Positions 54,541-64,000 of a stretch of 64,000 bases of DNA are shown one piece after another. The position numbers and the translations under genes are program-made. The DNA comes from Thecamonas trahens ATCC 50062 (Eukaryota > Protista > Apusomonadida), in contig NW_013657644.1 of the NCBI RefSeq assembly GCF_000142905.1, positions 115,697 to 179,696 of the forward strand, in the 5' to 3' direction. Numbering within the stretch: the first letter of the stretch is position 1; each line of letters begins with the position of its first letter. The notes below the pieces were generated by a model. That model searched no databases and was not told the DNA's origin. It saw only the letters and a list, made by a program, of their open reading frames with translations.

Positions 54541-57096
54541 ATGCGGCTGGACTTTGGCTTGGCAAACCTGGTCAAGAAGCCGCTGGCTGGAGGAGGGACC
54601 GACGACGGTCCGCTCTCGGCTGCGGCGGCCAAGGCTATGCTCGATCTCCCTGCTGATCAGTTCTATGGAGCGTATCTGGAGGCACGGAGCGAGCTGTTTG
54701 CTCCAGGTGGACGAGCGGTGGATGATCAGCGCCAACTCGATGCTCTCATTGGACAAGGTGGCGCGGAATCGTTGGCAGAGTGGATGGAGAGCGGTGCTTT
54801 CAAGGAGCCGCTGGTCATGAGCCCGGCGTTGCGGGAGACGCTCGGCGTTGTCGCCCCGGGTTATGGGCCAGATGACAAGGACTGGGGCGTGGGCGAGCTC
54901 GCCGCTTGGGTAGCCGCACAGATCGCGGCCTCCGAGCCGGACAAGCCGGTTCTTGCTGTCGACGTCGCCACGCAGGAGGAGGCCTCGCCGCGGCTCTCGC
55001 TCAACGAGTGGGCTGAGTACATGGGCGCCATGCCCGGATCGGCGCTCCGCGAGGAGCGCGGCGTCCTCAATCTCATTTCGCTCGAGTTCTCCAAGACCCA
55101 GCTCGCTGACGCCGTCCGCTCACCGCATGTTGTCCGCAACGTCGGCTGGGTCGAGACCCTTTGGCCGAGCGATATGGAGTTGACCGGTGCGCCGGCTGCA
55201 TACTACTGTCTTATGGGCGCCAAGGGCTCGTACACCGACTTTCACGTCGACTTTGGCGGGACCTCGGTCTGGTACCACGTCGTTCGCGGTCGCAAGGTCT
55301 TCTACGTTGCTCCGCCGTCGCGGGCCAATCTCCGCGCCTACCAAACCTGGTGCGAATCCAAGCGCCAGTCTGAGGTCTTCTTCCCGGACCTCCTCCCGCG
55401 CGGCGAGTTTCAGACCCTGGTGGTCCCCGCCGGCCACACCCTCCTCATCCCCTCGGGTTACATCCACGGCGTCCATACTCCGGAAGACTCGCTTGTCTTT
55501 GGTGGTAACTTTATCCACACTGGGGCCGTCTCTATGCAACTGCGGGTTTTCTTTATGGAGGACGCGCTCGGCGTCGACGCCACCTACCGCTATCCGCAGT
55601 TTGTCGCCGCTCACTGGCTCGCCGCTGCCCACTACGCCACCGCCCTCCCCACCGTCTCCTCGCCGTCAGACTACCTGATCAAGGCCCTCGACGTCCTGCT
55701 TGCCGCCCTCAAGACATGGGTCGCAGAGTCTGTCCACGATCTCCCACCCCACCTCGACCTCGCTCGCGCCACAGAACTCATCGACCGCCTTGACACTGTC
55801 CTTGCCGAACATCGTACCCCGGCAAAGCCGCAACTTGCGGCTCCGCCAAAGCCCAAGCGCCCGCCGCTCTCGTCGCGTAAGCTGCCGAGCACCAAGCCGG
55901 TCCTTGTCTCTGCCAAGAACAAAAAGGCATCCGCCGCAAAGTCGGGGAGCTTTTCGTCAGTGCCGTCGGCGGCCACTGCCGCTGCAGGTGGTATCTCGTT
56001 CGGCCTCTCTCCTGTGTTCCCTCAAAGTGCCAAGCCACACCCGCCTGCGTCCACGCCTCCGGTGCCGTCTGAGCCTGCACCTGCTGCTCTTTCCGTCTCT
56101 GCGCCTCCTCCTACCGCGTCTGCACCCGAGCAGGGTAAGGCCGACTCGGATACCGCCAAGGGCACGGATGCCGCTGCCGCTGCCGCCTTGGCCGCCTTTG
56201 CCTCGGCCGCTACTACTACGCCCAGAATCAAGCTCAAGGCCCCTGCGGCTGTGCCCGAGACCAAGCCCAAACTCAAGATCAATCTTGGATCACGGCCGAA
56301 CGATTCCGAGTCGGACGACGATGACGATGAAGACGACGACGACGACGACGACGACGACAGGGCGCCCGCTGCCGGTGGAACAACCATCAAGATCCGGACC
56401 AGCGTCCAGCCGGCCAAGATGAACCTCAAGCCGCAACCGTCAACCAAAATCTCGCTCACGGTCCCGCCACCACGGGCAGCCAAGGTGGTGGCCAAGGCCA
56501 AGTCACGGTCGGCAGCCCGCGGCCACGACTCGGACGAATCCTACGAGTACTCGTACGAGTACTCAAACGACTCGGCTGACAACGATTTTTCCGGCTCCTC
56601 CGACGACGCCTTTATGCAAAAGCTACAGAAGCGCGCCGCCGCGCGCTCGCGAACCACGACGCTCTCCAAGTACGGCCGCCGCCGCAAGAACCGCGTCCCC
56701 AAGGACTTTATCGCCATCGCCGACAACGACGACGAGGTTGACGCTCACCTGGAGGCTCTTCAGGCGCAAGCCAAGCGCGGGTCCAAAGCCAAGGCTAAGC
56801 CCGCGCCTGCAAAGTCGGTCAAGCGCAAACGCCGCAACGACGATGACGACGACTACGTGCCGACTGGCCTAGACGAGGCGGACGACGACGACTTTATTGA
56901 CGATGATGATGACGACGACGACTACGAGCCGGCGACCGTCCGCGCCAAGGTCGTCCAGCCAGCCAAACGGACCAAGGGGCTGGATGGCTCGGCCAAGGGC
57001 AAAGCTGGCGCCAAGAAGAAGCCCGCCAAGCCGTTCAAGGCCAAGAAGCCGTCGGCACGAAAGTTCTTTACCAACATGCTCAAGCGCAGACGGTGA
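54541..57096 (+). CDS. JmjC histone demethylase, KDM2/KDM7 (JHDM1/PHF8) family
   Basis: LNLISLEFSKT, YTDFHVDFGGTSVWYHV..G.K.F, IPSGYIHGVHTPEDSLVFGGNF. HxD...H iron ligands are intact. Confidence 0.92.
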   Translation: MRLDFGLANLVKKPLAGGGTDDGPLSAAAAKAMLDLPADQFYGAYLEARSELFAPGGRAVDDQRQLDALIGQGGAESLAEWMESGAFKEPLVMSPALRETLGVVAPGYGPDDKDWGVGELAAWVAAQIAASEPDKPVLAVDVATQEEASPRLSLNEWAEYMGAMPGSALREERGVLNLISLEFSKTQLADAVRSPHVVRNVGWVETLWPSDMELTGAPAAYYCLMGAKGSYTDFHVDFGGTSVWYHVVRGRKVFYVAPPSRANLRAYQTWCESKRQSEVFFPDLLPRGEFQTLVVPAGHTLLIPSGYIHGVHTPEDSLVFGGNFIHTGAVSMQLRVFFMEDALGVDATYRYPQFVAAHWLAAAHYATALPTVSSPSDYLIKALDVLLAALKTWVAESVHDLPPHLDLARATELIDRLDTVLAEHRTPAKPQLAAPPKPKRPPLSSRKLPSTKPVLVSAKNKKASAAKSGSFSSVPSAATAAAGGISFGLSPVFPQSAKPHPPASTPPVPSEPAPAALSVSAPPPTASAPEQGKADSDTAKGTDAAAAAALAAFASAATTTPRIKLKAPAAVPETKPKLKINLGSRPNDSESDDDDDEDDDDDDDDDRAPAAGGTTIKIRTSVQPAKMNLKPQPSTKISLTVPPPRAAKVVAKAKSRSAARGHDSDESYEYSYEYSNDSADNDFSGSSDDAFMQKLQKRAAARSRTTTLSKYGRRRKNRVPKDFIAIADNDDEVDAHLEALQAQAKRGSKAKAKPAPAKSVKRKRRNDDDDDYVPTGLDEADDDDFIDDDDDDDDYEPATVRAKVVQPAKRTKGLDGSAKGKAGAKKKPAKPFKAKKPSARKFFTNMLKRRR

Positions 57097-57097
57097 T

Positions 57098-60000
57098 TCA
57101 CCGACTGCCAACAGCAGCCGAGCTCCGCCGCGAACGCGCGACCATGACCGCGCCGACCATGGTAAAGGCGAGTCCGGCGCAGATAGAAGCGAGGATCGCG
57201 TGCTCCTTGCACGCGTGCGCCAACAGCGCAAGACTGGCACCAACATCGACCACCAGCCGCAGATACGTGCTCCGCGTCTCCCACTTGGAGGCCATGGGGT
57301 TGAGGACGGCAAAGACAACGAGAAGCAAGAGAAAGTAGACAACAAGAATGACCATCTGCGTCGTCACGTCGGGAAAGGCCACACTCACAATCGCGAGCAT
57401 GAGCAGCGCAAAAAGCTGCGTCACTCGGATCCACATCCGCGACGGCTTGAGCCGCGCAAAAAGCACCGCGTACCGCGACCGCAGAGCCCTCGCCACTTGC
57501 CTCCGCCGGATCGTCCGCACAACCACCACCGTCGACCAGAGCGGAAGGCCCAGGCAGAAGAAAGCTGCCATCGGAACAAGGACTACAGCCATGACTCCAT
57601 GTGTGCCGTCAAAGCACACCACAGAAAGATCGGCCGCAAGTCGCAACTCCCCATCACCCGCACGAACGCACATCAGGCCCTGCGCCGTTCGAGCCGTAAT
57701 CGGCAGAAAGACAGCAATAAGCGAGGCAAAGACTGCGCCCACAACAGACTCCCAGCTCGAGACAACGTCGCGCATCGTCGAGTCGAGCGCTGCCAGGTCG
57801 AGGTGGGTAAGCCCCGCTCCGCCGTGATTCTCCTGCTGCTCTTCCACAACCAGCGAGTGGGCTCCAATTGACGAGCCCGAGCCCGATTCCGGGTAACCGA
57901 GTTCCAGGCCGGACGCTATGTCTGAGCTGGACGAGCTGCCGAGGCCGGATATAAACTCACCGTTGATAAAGATGCTCGACGGTGATGCCATGCTCTCGCC
58001 CAACGTGGACGCCCGCTCGCGCACCCCTTGCTCGCTTCGAGTCGACGCCCGCGACGGCGCCACCTTGCGAGAGCGGAGGCAAGTGTACCGCAACACAACA
58101 GCCGCCAGCGGCACCAGCGCGCCGATGCAGAGCGAGGCCATGTACAGCGACGGATACGACATCGGTGGTACAGCACAGCCGTGGCGCAGCGCTTCAAGAT
58201 CAAACAGGATCAGCGTGCTCATTCGGACCGCCGTCGGCAGCCAAGACGGGACTTCGCCGTCGTCGATCGCCTGGAAGCCAAGCCGGACAGCAAAAACGGT
58301 GTTCTGTAGACAGAGCAAGGTAAAAAGGACGAGCGCAAACTTGCTGCGCGAGAGCAGGACCTGTGATAGCGCGAGAAGCACGATGACCGCCACGAGGCCG
58401 ACACCAGCAAGGGCAGTCTCCACATACGACGCCGTCGCGCCGCCACAGCTCCGGCACACGCCATTGTCCATGGAGTACCCGGCAGCACACTGGGCGCAGA
58501 ATGTGCCAGTGTACCTCGCCTGGCACGTCGCCGTCCGCCGCTTGCCGGTCACTGTCTGCTGCGGTGGAACGCCGGCAGAGCCGACCGCGCCTGGGCACGA
58601 CGAGGCCACCCGGCACTTGGTCGGCCGACCGTCCTCCGATGCCGCCCAATACCCATCCAGAGGCCACATGCGTGCACCGCCGGGGCAGTAAGCTCCCTCG
58701 ATGTCGACGCATGGCTTGCAGCTTCCGTCAAAAAAGACGTAGCCCGGGAGGATGCAGTCGTGGTCGACATAGTTGAGGAGCGATGGCAGGACGTGGACGT
58801 CGATGATTTGCTCGGTACCCTTGGCACGACGGACAATGTCGATGGCCACATACCCGGTCTCATTGGAGGCCGGAGATATGAACACAATGCCAGGCTTCTC
58901 GCCACCTCGCGCCGGGTCTTCGATATCGCGGAGCAGCACAGGCTGCGCGCCGGGAGCAAAGATGTAGACGTCGATCTCGTACTTGGTGGGATCACAATAC
59001 GCAGCTCCATCTGGAACCTTGCGCATGGTCATTTCCACACCTCCGCCCAGCGGCGACGTCGAAGGTTCGAGGAAGAACGTAACGTCTGCAAACTCGGTGC
59101 CAGGCGGCGTCGGCTCGACGACAGGCGCGACTTCGGGCGGCGGGCGGACTGGGCCCACGAATGTTGGCGGCGGCGGCGGTGGCGGTGACGCTGGTGGACG
59201 CGCAGCTTCACACGCAATGCCGGTCAGCGGCGGGTCGTAGCTTCCAGTGTCAGTGCACAGAATAACGCCATCAACCGAGCCGGTCAGCGTATAGCCAGCC
59301 GAGCACGTCACCACCAGCGAGTCGCCGACCGCAGCCTGGGTCCTCCCAGTCACCGGTGAGACCGAGACTTGGCCGTTGGCAACCGTCACCACCCGACAGA
59401 TCTCATAATAGTCGACGGTGAGGGTCGGCAGAGGCGAGGCCGAGAGCGAGCATGATGGGCACTTGAGCGTGCCGGCGTCGGAGATCATCATCACAATGTT
59501 GTTCGGCACGCCACTCGTCCGCAGCTGCTCCTGTCGGCCTTGGGCCCAGGATGAGAGCATGGCCGCCAGCTGGCGGCCAGAAAATGACTTTGTGCTGGCG
59601 CTGACCGCAACGTCGGTCCAGGTCTGATCGCCGTCGCCAGTGAGCAAGGGCACCGCCTGGAGGCCACGATAGTCAGCCCAGGGCAGATTTGCCATATCAA
59701 CTTCAGCCTCTAAAGCCTCGACATCATACACAGAGGTCCGCACATCAGCGCCTCCCGAGGCACCGTCCATCTTCGAGAAGGACATGACCGAGGTTTCTGC
59801 AAAGACCACGGCGCCAGTAGTTGACGCAATTGGCGGAGAAAACCCGAAATTGACGGCAGAAATCGTGCCGTCAAAGACCAAAGCTGTTGGGCCTGCGGCA
59901 ACCTCGCCTGTGGATGCCATCGAGGCGGTGAAGAGCGGTGAGGATGGCGTGCCGACAGCCTGCTTCAGCGTCGCTGCTTCTGCCATGTACCTTGGTCCTG

Positions 60001-60112
60001 AGACAATACAAAGGATCACAGCCATGGCCATGATGACGACAAAGCTTGCAAAACCGCAGCGGCAGCAACGATGCCTTCCGCAACAAGCGTGAGGAAGACG
60101 AAACACCTCCAT
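57098..60112 (-). CDS. Cell-surface receptor-like protein: sushi domain, Ig/IPT-like domain, Cys-rich repeat and multi-TM region
   Basis: N-terminal hydrophobic segment, VTCSAGYTL.G (sushi), HDC..PG....G.C..C...CPGGARMWP..GYW, several TMs. Start taken at ATG 60112. Confidence 0.7.
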   Translation of the reverse strand: MEVFRLPHACCGRHRCCRCGFASFVVIMAMAVILCIVSGPRYMAEAATLKQAVGTPSSPLFTASMASTGEVAAGPTALVFDGTISAVNFGFSPPIASTTGAVVFAETSVMSFSKMDGASGGADVRTSVYDVEALEAEVDMANLPWADYRGLQAVPLLTGDGDQTWTDVAVSASTKSFSGRQLAAMLSSWAQGRQEQLRTSGVPNNIVMMISDAGTLKCPSCSLSASPLPTLTVDYYEICRVVTVANGQVSVSPVTGRTQAAVGDSLVVTCSAGYTLTGSVDGVILCTDTGSYDPPLTGIACEAARPPASPPPPPPPTFVGPVRPPPEVAPVVEPTPPGTEFADVTFFLEPSTSPLGGGVEMTMRKVPDGAAYCDPTKYEIDVYIFAPGAQPVLLRDIEDPARGGEKPGIVFISPASNETGYVAIDIVRRAKGTEQIIDVHVLPSLLNYVDHDCILPGYVFFDGSCKPCVDIEGAYCPGGARMWPLDGYWAASEDGRPTKCRVASSCPGAVGSAGVPPQQTVTGKRRTATCQARYTGTFCAQCAAGYSMDNGVCRSCGGATASYVETALAGVGLVAVIVLLALSQVLLSRSKFALVLFTLLCLQNTVFAVRLGFQAIDDGEVPSWLPTAVRMSTLILFDLEALRHGCAVPPMSYPSLYMASLCIGALVPLAAVVLRYTCLRSRKVAPSRASTRSEQGVRERASTLGESMASPSSIFINGEFISGLGSSSSSDIASGLELGYPESGSGSSIGAHSLVVEEQQENHGGAGLTHLDLAALDSTMRDVVSSWESVVGAVFASLIAVFLPITARTAQGLMCVRAGDGELRLAADLSVVCFDGTHGVMAVVLVPMAAFFCLGLPLWSTVVVVRTIRRRQVARALRSRYAVLFARLKPSRMWIRVTQLFALLMLAIVSVAFPDVTTQMVILVVYFLLLLVVFAVLNPMASKWETRSTYLRLVVDVGASLALLAHACKEHAILASICAGLAFTMVGAVMVARSRRSSAAVGSR

Positions 60113-60390
60113 GCTAGCCCAACCAAGCACGTCAGAAAGCCACAAACAGTCCGATGTGTAGCCCCAAATAAAGACACAGGTGCGTGTCTGGTAGGGGGGG
60201 GGGGGGGGGGGGGTAAGCAGGCGGGGTGGAAGGGGAGGGCGAGTTGAGAGTGTCCACTCCGCCGCTTCCGAACAACGCGTGGTGCTGCTGCAAACGTGCG
60301 ATGGCAACACAATTGGCAGTGGTGCGGCGTAGTCACGGTAAAGAGTACACACAATAACTAGCCGAGCTACCTGCCAATAAAAGGCTCGAC

Positions 60391-63300
60391 ATGGGCACGC
60401 GGATGGGGCGCTCAAAGGCTCGAAATACTTGCCCCGGAGCGCTCCACTTCTCCCAACCAACTCATGGAGCGAGCGCGGGGCGGGGCACAGGCTTCGGCCA
60501 AGGGGAGGCCAACAAGCCGTGGCTGTTGGATAGCAGACAGAGGAGGGGGGCAGGCCGCCAGGTGAGCCGGTTTGTGGTGGCGGCGGTGGTGGCGGCGGTG
60601 GTTGTGAACGTCCTTGTCGCTACGTCGACCGAGGCAGTTGACCCGCCAAAACTCACGCCGCTACTCGCAAGCCTCGTCCCGGGCACCGCTGCTTGCATGT
60701 CGCGGACAACGGACGAGGTGCGTCTTGTGTCGTCTGTGCTAGACGTCGGCACCGCTTCGTGTGTTGTCGTGCTCGGCCTCGAGTCCCCGCTCACCCGACG
60801 CCGAGGATCCACCGACTGGCTGGTAACGCCTGGCTCGGCTGCTCTAGCCATAGGCCGCATCATCGCCACTGTCGCTCTTGAGCTCGAAATTAGCTTGGTC
60901 GTCCTCGCTTCAGGCTTCAACGCCTCATCTCACGAGGTGCCTTGGTCATCCCCATGGTCGCTAGGTAAGACACCCGGTGAAGTTGGCATGCAAGATACGT
61001 TTGTGCTGCCGATCGGGTCATCGACCAACGCAACGCTTGCCGGCGGCCAAGTCGACGACCTTGTCCAGCAATGGCTCGACGCCGAACGAGCTAGCCTAGA
61101 CCCTCACGCCCCGATCACCGCTGTGGGTCTAGTCATTCGAGCATCAGTGGACGGAGGCAATGGTAATTGCCTCATGGGCTCATGCATCGTCGAGTTGACA
61201 CCGGGCGCAGGTGTTCTGACAGCTGAACTGGTCGAGCTGTGCGAGGCTGTGAACATCCCGCACGCCACGATTGCGGACGGACCAAGAGCCGCAATTGGGG
61301 ATAACGTCACAATTGTGTGTGATGATCAGTATGTTTTGGTTGGTGGAATGGTGGGTGGCAAGCTGGTGTGCTCTGCAACCGGTGCGTATTTGCCTGACCC
61401 TCACCACCTGGCGTGCGTGCCCGAGCCGCCTGCTATCTCGCGGGGCCAGTGGACGCTCTCGCCGATGGCCGTGCCGCTAAGCGGAGTTGCCGGCGCTCAA
61501 GCATGGTATCATGGGGCACTCCCTCTTCCTGATGGCGATGTCGACGTCTACATCGACGGCACGGACGGTTCTGCGCCACCGCTCCTTGCGCTGGCTAGAG
61601 CTGGCCTGATGACAATGAGCGACAAGAACGGCGGTGGATGGGGCGTCGAGTTCCCGCTCCCACCACAGTTTGACGCTGGGCTGGCCAAGATTATTATCAT
61701 CACCCACAACTCGTCGAGCGGGCTCGGCATGAGGGGCTCAGTTGTTGATGTCGCGGTCGAGTACACCGAACACGACTGCGTGATGCCTGGCCGAGTCTAC
61801 GTCAATGGTGCATGCGTTCTCTGTCCACAAGGTGGGCTGTGCCCTGGCGGAGCTCGGATCTGGCCCGAGCCTGGCTTCTGGGCCCGCTCTGAGATGCATT
61901 TTCCGACGCTGTGCCACGACACCACCGTTTGCAATGGTGCCGCCCAGCTTGCAGCGAGCGGACTTGTGTGGATGGATGGAGATGGCCGCCGAATGACGAC
62001 GCTGTGTGGTGTGGAGGCTACCGGTGCGTACTGCTCCAGCTGTGCCCCGGGCTACGCCTTGGTCCACACCGCATGCCAGCGGTCGGGGCCGATATGGCTG
62101 GTAGTTCTCGATGTTGTCGCCGCCTCGGCATGTTTACTGGCCATGGGCGGAGCGGCAGGCGCTTACCTGGCTTGCATTGAGCCAAAAACGTGCTCGATGC
62201 GAATGGCGCTTGTTCTCGCCGTCCAGCAGCTTGTCTACACCATCCACGTGGGTACGGCACACCTCGGCGCAGGCTCTGTGCCGGTAGGGGTGGTAACGCT
62301 GCTTCGAGTGAGCCGGATTGTTCTCTTTGACATCGACGCTTTTGCTCCTGAATCGAGCGTGGGGCGTACATCGTGGCTGGCGCGGTCACTCGTTCCGCTC
62401 GGCTGTGGCCTGATGTTTGTGGTTGCAGCAGTATGCGTATTTTGCGTCCGGCAGCGATGGACTAGTCGGCAGCTGGTGCCGCTACCTCCTGTGCAGCCTG
62501 AGGATGTGTTCTCGGATATGTCGCTGTCGTGGACCACGTCCGCGTCCGAGCTGGGCCCGTCGACAGAAGTCTCGAGCCAAGACACGCTCTATCGAATGGT
62601 CACCTGCCTCAGATCGTCGCGCAAACTAATGCTTGCGCTCAATCTTGCAGGTGTTCTGCTTTTTCCCATCACTGCGCTCATGTTCCGAGCCTTGCACTGC
62701 GTCGACGATCACAGCGGCGTCTCGCGACTGCTGCTGGAACAGTCACAAGTATGTTATCGAGGCGCGCACCTGTGGGTGGCGCTGATGGCATGGGTCGTGC
62801 TCGCGGTGTATGTTGGCGGCTTTGTTTTGGGTGTCACTATCATCGCATGTGTGGTGCGGAAGCGCACCGCCAAGACCATAACGTGGCGGTATGTGCTCCG
62901 AATGATTCTTGTTGCGGTCTGCGCGGTTGTCGGAGAGTTTGTCCACTCCCATCCGCTCCGGCTGCTATCGCTAACGGTGGTGGGATGTACCCATGCTGTG
63001 GCCGATGCCCAGTTTACCATTCCAGCCACGGTAGTGGCCGTAGTTATGGCCTTGGTGAGCATGGCGTACATCATTCCAGAAGGCTCGCCGTATGTTTTTC
63101 TCGCATCGCTTGCAGTCGTGGTCACGCTTTGCATTGTCGCGCGCTTTGCGGTCCCGTCGCTGCTCCAGCTCCGGTCGCCCTCCCGAATCGAGCCCGCAGA
63201 GTTGCCCACCATTGCGGTCGAAAAGTCGTCCAGTTCACATAGTGAGAGGTCGAGCTCGGGTCCTCGATCCAATTTGTCGAGCCCGGGCCAGACGCCACGC

Positions 63301-63546
63301 TTGACGCCAACCGCGAGCTCGTGGTGGGATACGGATGCGGTAGGCGGGGGCTACGGGCGGATCATCCACCCTTCCAACCGCGTGAGTACTGCACACCTGC
63401 CTCCGCTTCCAACCGTCATTCCCATGATGGGCCTCATTCGCCACAATCCGAGCATGCCCATGCTGGTCGACGACGAAGGCACGGGTGTGGGCTTCATGCC
63501 AGCATCTGTCTCGGGTCCGAGCCTGGGTCCAACTCGCCACTCGTGA
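60391..63546 (+). CDS. Paralogous cell-surface receptor-like protein (sushi, Cys-rich, multi-TM)
   Basis: Same order of motifs: IVCDDQYVLVG, EHDCVMPG...CPGGARIWPEPGFW, CSSCAPGY, then TMs. Confidence 0.7.
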   Translation: MGTRMGRSKARNTCPGALHFSQPTHGASAGRGTGFGQGEANKPWLLDSRQRRGAGRQVSRFVVAAVVAAVVVNVLVATSTEAVDPPKLTPLLASLVPGTAACMSRTTDEVRLVSSVLDVGTASCVVVLGLESPLTRRRGSTDWLVTPGSAALAIGRIIATVALELEISLVVLASGFNASSHEVPWSSPWSLGKTPGEVGMQDTFVLPIGSSTNATLAGGQVDDLVQQWLDAERASLDPHAPITAVGLVIRASVDGGNGNCLMGSCIVELTPGAGVLTAELVELCEAVNIPHATIADGPRAAIGDNVTIVCDDQYVLVGGMVGGKLVCSATGAYLPDPHHLACVPEPPAISRGQWTLSPMAVPLSGVAGAQAWYHGALPLPDGDVDVYIDGTDGSAPPLLALARAGLMTMSDKNGGGWGVEFPLPPQFDAGLAKIIIITHNSSSGLGMRGSVVDVAVEYTEHDCVMPGRVYVNGACVLCPQGGLCPGGARIWPEPGFWARSEMHFPTLCHDTTVCNGAAQLAASGLVWMDGDGRRMTTLCGVEATGAYCSSCAPGYALVHTACQRSGPIWLVVLDVVAASACLLAMGGAAGAYLACIEPKTCSMRMALVLAVQQLVYTIHVGTAHLGAGSVPVGVVTLLRVSRIVLFDIDAFAPESSVGRTSWLARSLVPLGCGLMFVVAAVCVFCVRQRWTSRQLVPLPPVQPEDVFSDMSLSWTTSASELGPSTEVSSQDTLYRMVTCLRSSRKLMLALNLAGVLLFPITALMFRALHCVDDHSGVSRLLLEQSQVCYRGAHLWVALMAWVVLAVYVGGFVLGVTIIACVVRKRTAKTITWRYVLRMILVAVCAVVGEFVHSHPLRLLSLTVVGCTHAVADAQFTIPATVVAVVMALVSMAYIIPEGSPYVFLASLAVVVTLCIVARFAVPSLLQLRSPSRIEPAELPTIAVEKSSSSHSERSSSGPRSNLSSPGQTPRLTPTASSWWDTDAVGGGYGRIIHPSNRVSTAHLPPLPTVIPMMGLIRHNPSMPMLVDDEGTGVGFMPASVSGPSLGPTRHS

Positions 63547-63559
63547 CGACAACAAACTC

Positions 63560-64000
63560 CTACACGCTTGATGACGAATCACCAAGCTGGGACGAGCTGC
63601 TCTCCGAGCTGCTGTCGATAGCACCCTCGACCTTGTAGTAGATAAAATCGACGCCCGAGACCGATCCAGTGCAGCGGACGAAATCCAGAGTATCGAGGCT
63701 CTTACGAACGGCATCACGGACCTCGCGCGTGATGCAAATGTGACCCTGGTCGTTTGCAAGGTCCTCTGAGAGCTTGGATGCAGTGTTGACGGGATCGCCC
63801 CAGTGGACGTTAGTCCCAAACACAACAAGCATCTTCCCGGTGTGGACGCCAAAGCCAGCGACTGGAATGTAAGCCGGACTCTTGCGGGCAAGCGCTCCAT
63901 TGTACGCCGCAAGTGCGTCGCGGATGGCAAGAGAGGCCGCCACTGCCGATACCGGCGAGCCAAACACCCACAGACCGTCTTCCTCCATCCTGCCGTCATA
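63560..64000 (-). CDS. Class III adenylate/guanylate cyclase domain protein (3' part; continues beyond the window)
   Basis: GFGVHTG...HWGDPVNTASKL...G.ICIT is typical of nucleotide cyclase C-terminal motifs. Confidence 0.75.
   Translation of the reverse strand, partial: YDGRMEEDGLWVFGSPVSAVAASLAIRDALAAYNGALARKSPAYIPVAGFGVHTGKMLVVFGTNVHWGDPVNTASKLSEDLANDQGHICITREVRDAVRKSLDTLDFVRCTGSVSGVDFIYYKVEGAIDSSSESSSSQLGDSSSSV

Overview
GC-rich, gene-dense eukaryotic nuclear DNA from an intron-poor flagellated protist. The style resembles the apusomonad Thecamonas trahens, but that is an unverified inference. About 31 protein-coding genes can be supported. Recognisable ones are RPP40, CEP78, a CSTPP1/TPGS1-like protein, a divergent CK2-alpha, BABAM2/BRE, a Sec7-PH ArfGEF, a K+-independent H+-PPase, mL40, a RasGEF, a RhoGAP-WW-RasGAP-RhoGAP protein, calcineurin A, a Tom70-like TPR protein, SPC24, a PH protein, a CorA-family transporter, S-formylglutathione hydrolase, a JmjC demethylase, three Cys-rich multi-TM receptor-like proteins and the 3' end of a class III cyclase. 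Ten introns were reconstructed by hand. All lie near gene 5' ends, with yeast-like GTAYG donors and mostly ACTHAC branch points. Convergent genes abut or overlap at their stop codons, while 5' regions and first introns carry poly-C/G tracts and five large minisatellites. At least eight 1-nt frame breaks occur in six genes, most likely homopolymer sequencing errors. The best leads are a TPR fused to a degenerate DDX59-like helicase C-domain, an AT-hook protein with a duplicated unfamiliar Cys/His zinc-finger module, clustered E2F/CHR/MYB (DREAM-type) motifs in the SPC24 intron and in the zinc-finger gene promoter, and a long intronic hairpin in calcineurin A. No tRNA, rRNA, CRISPR array or transposase was recognised. 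All family assignments come from remembered motifs, not database searches.
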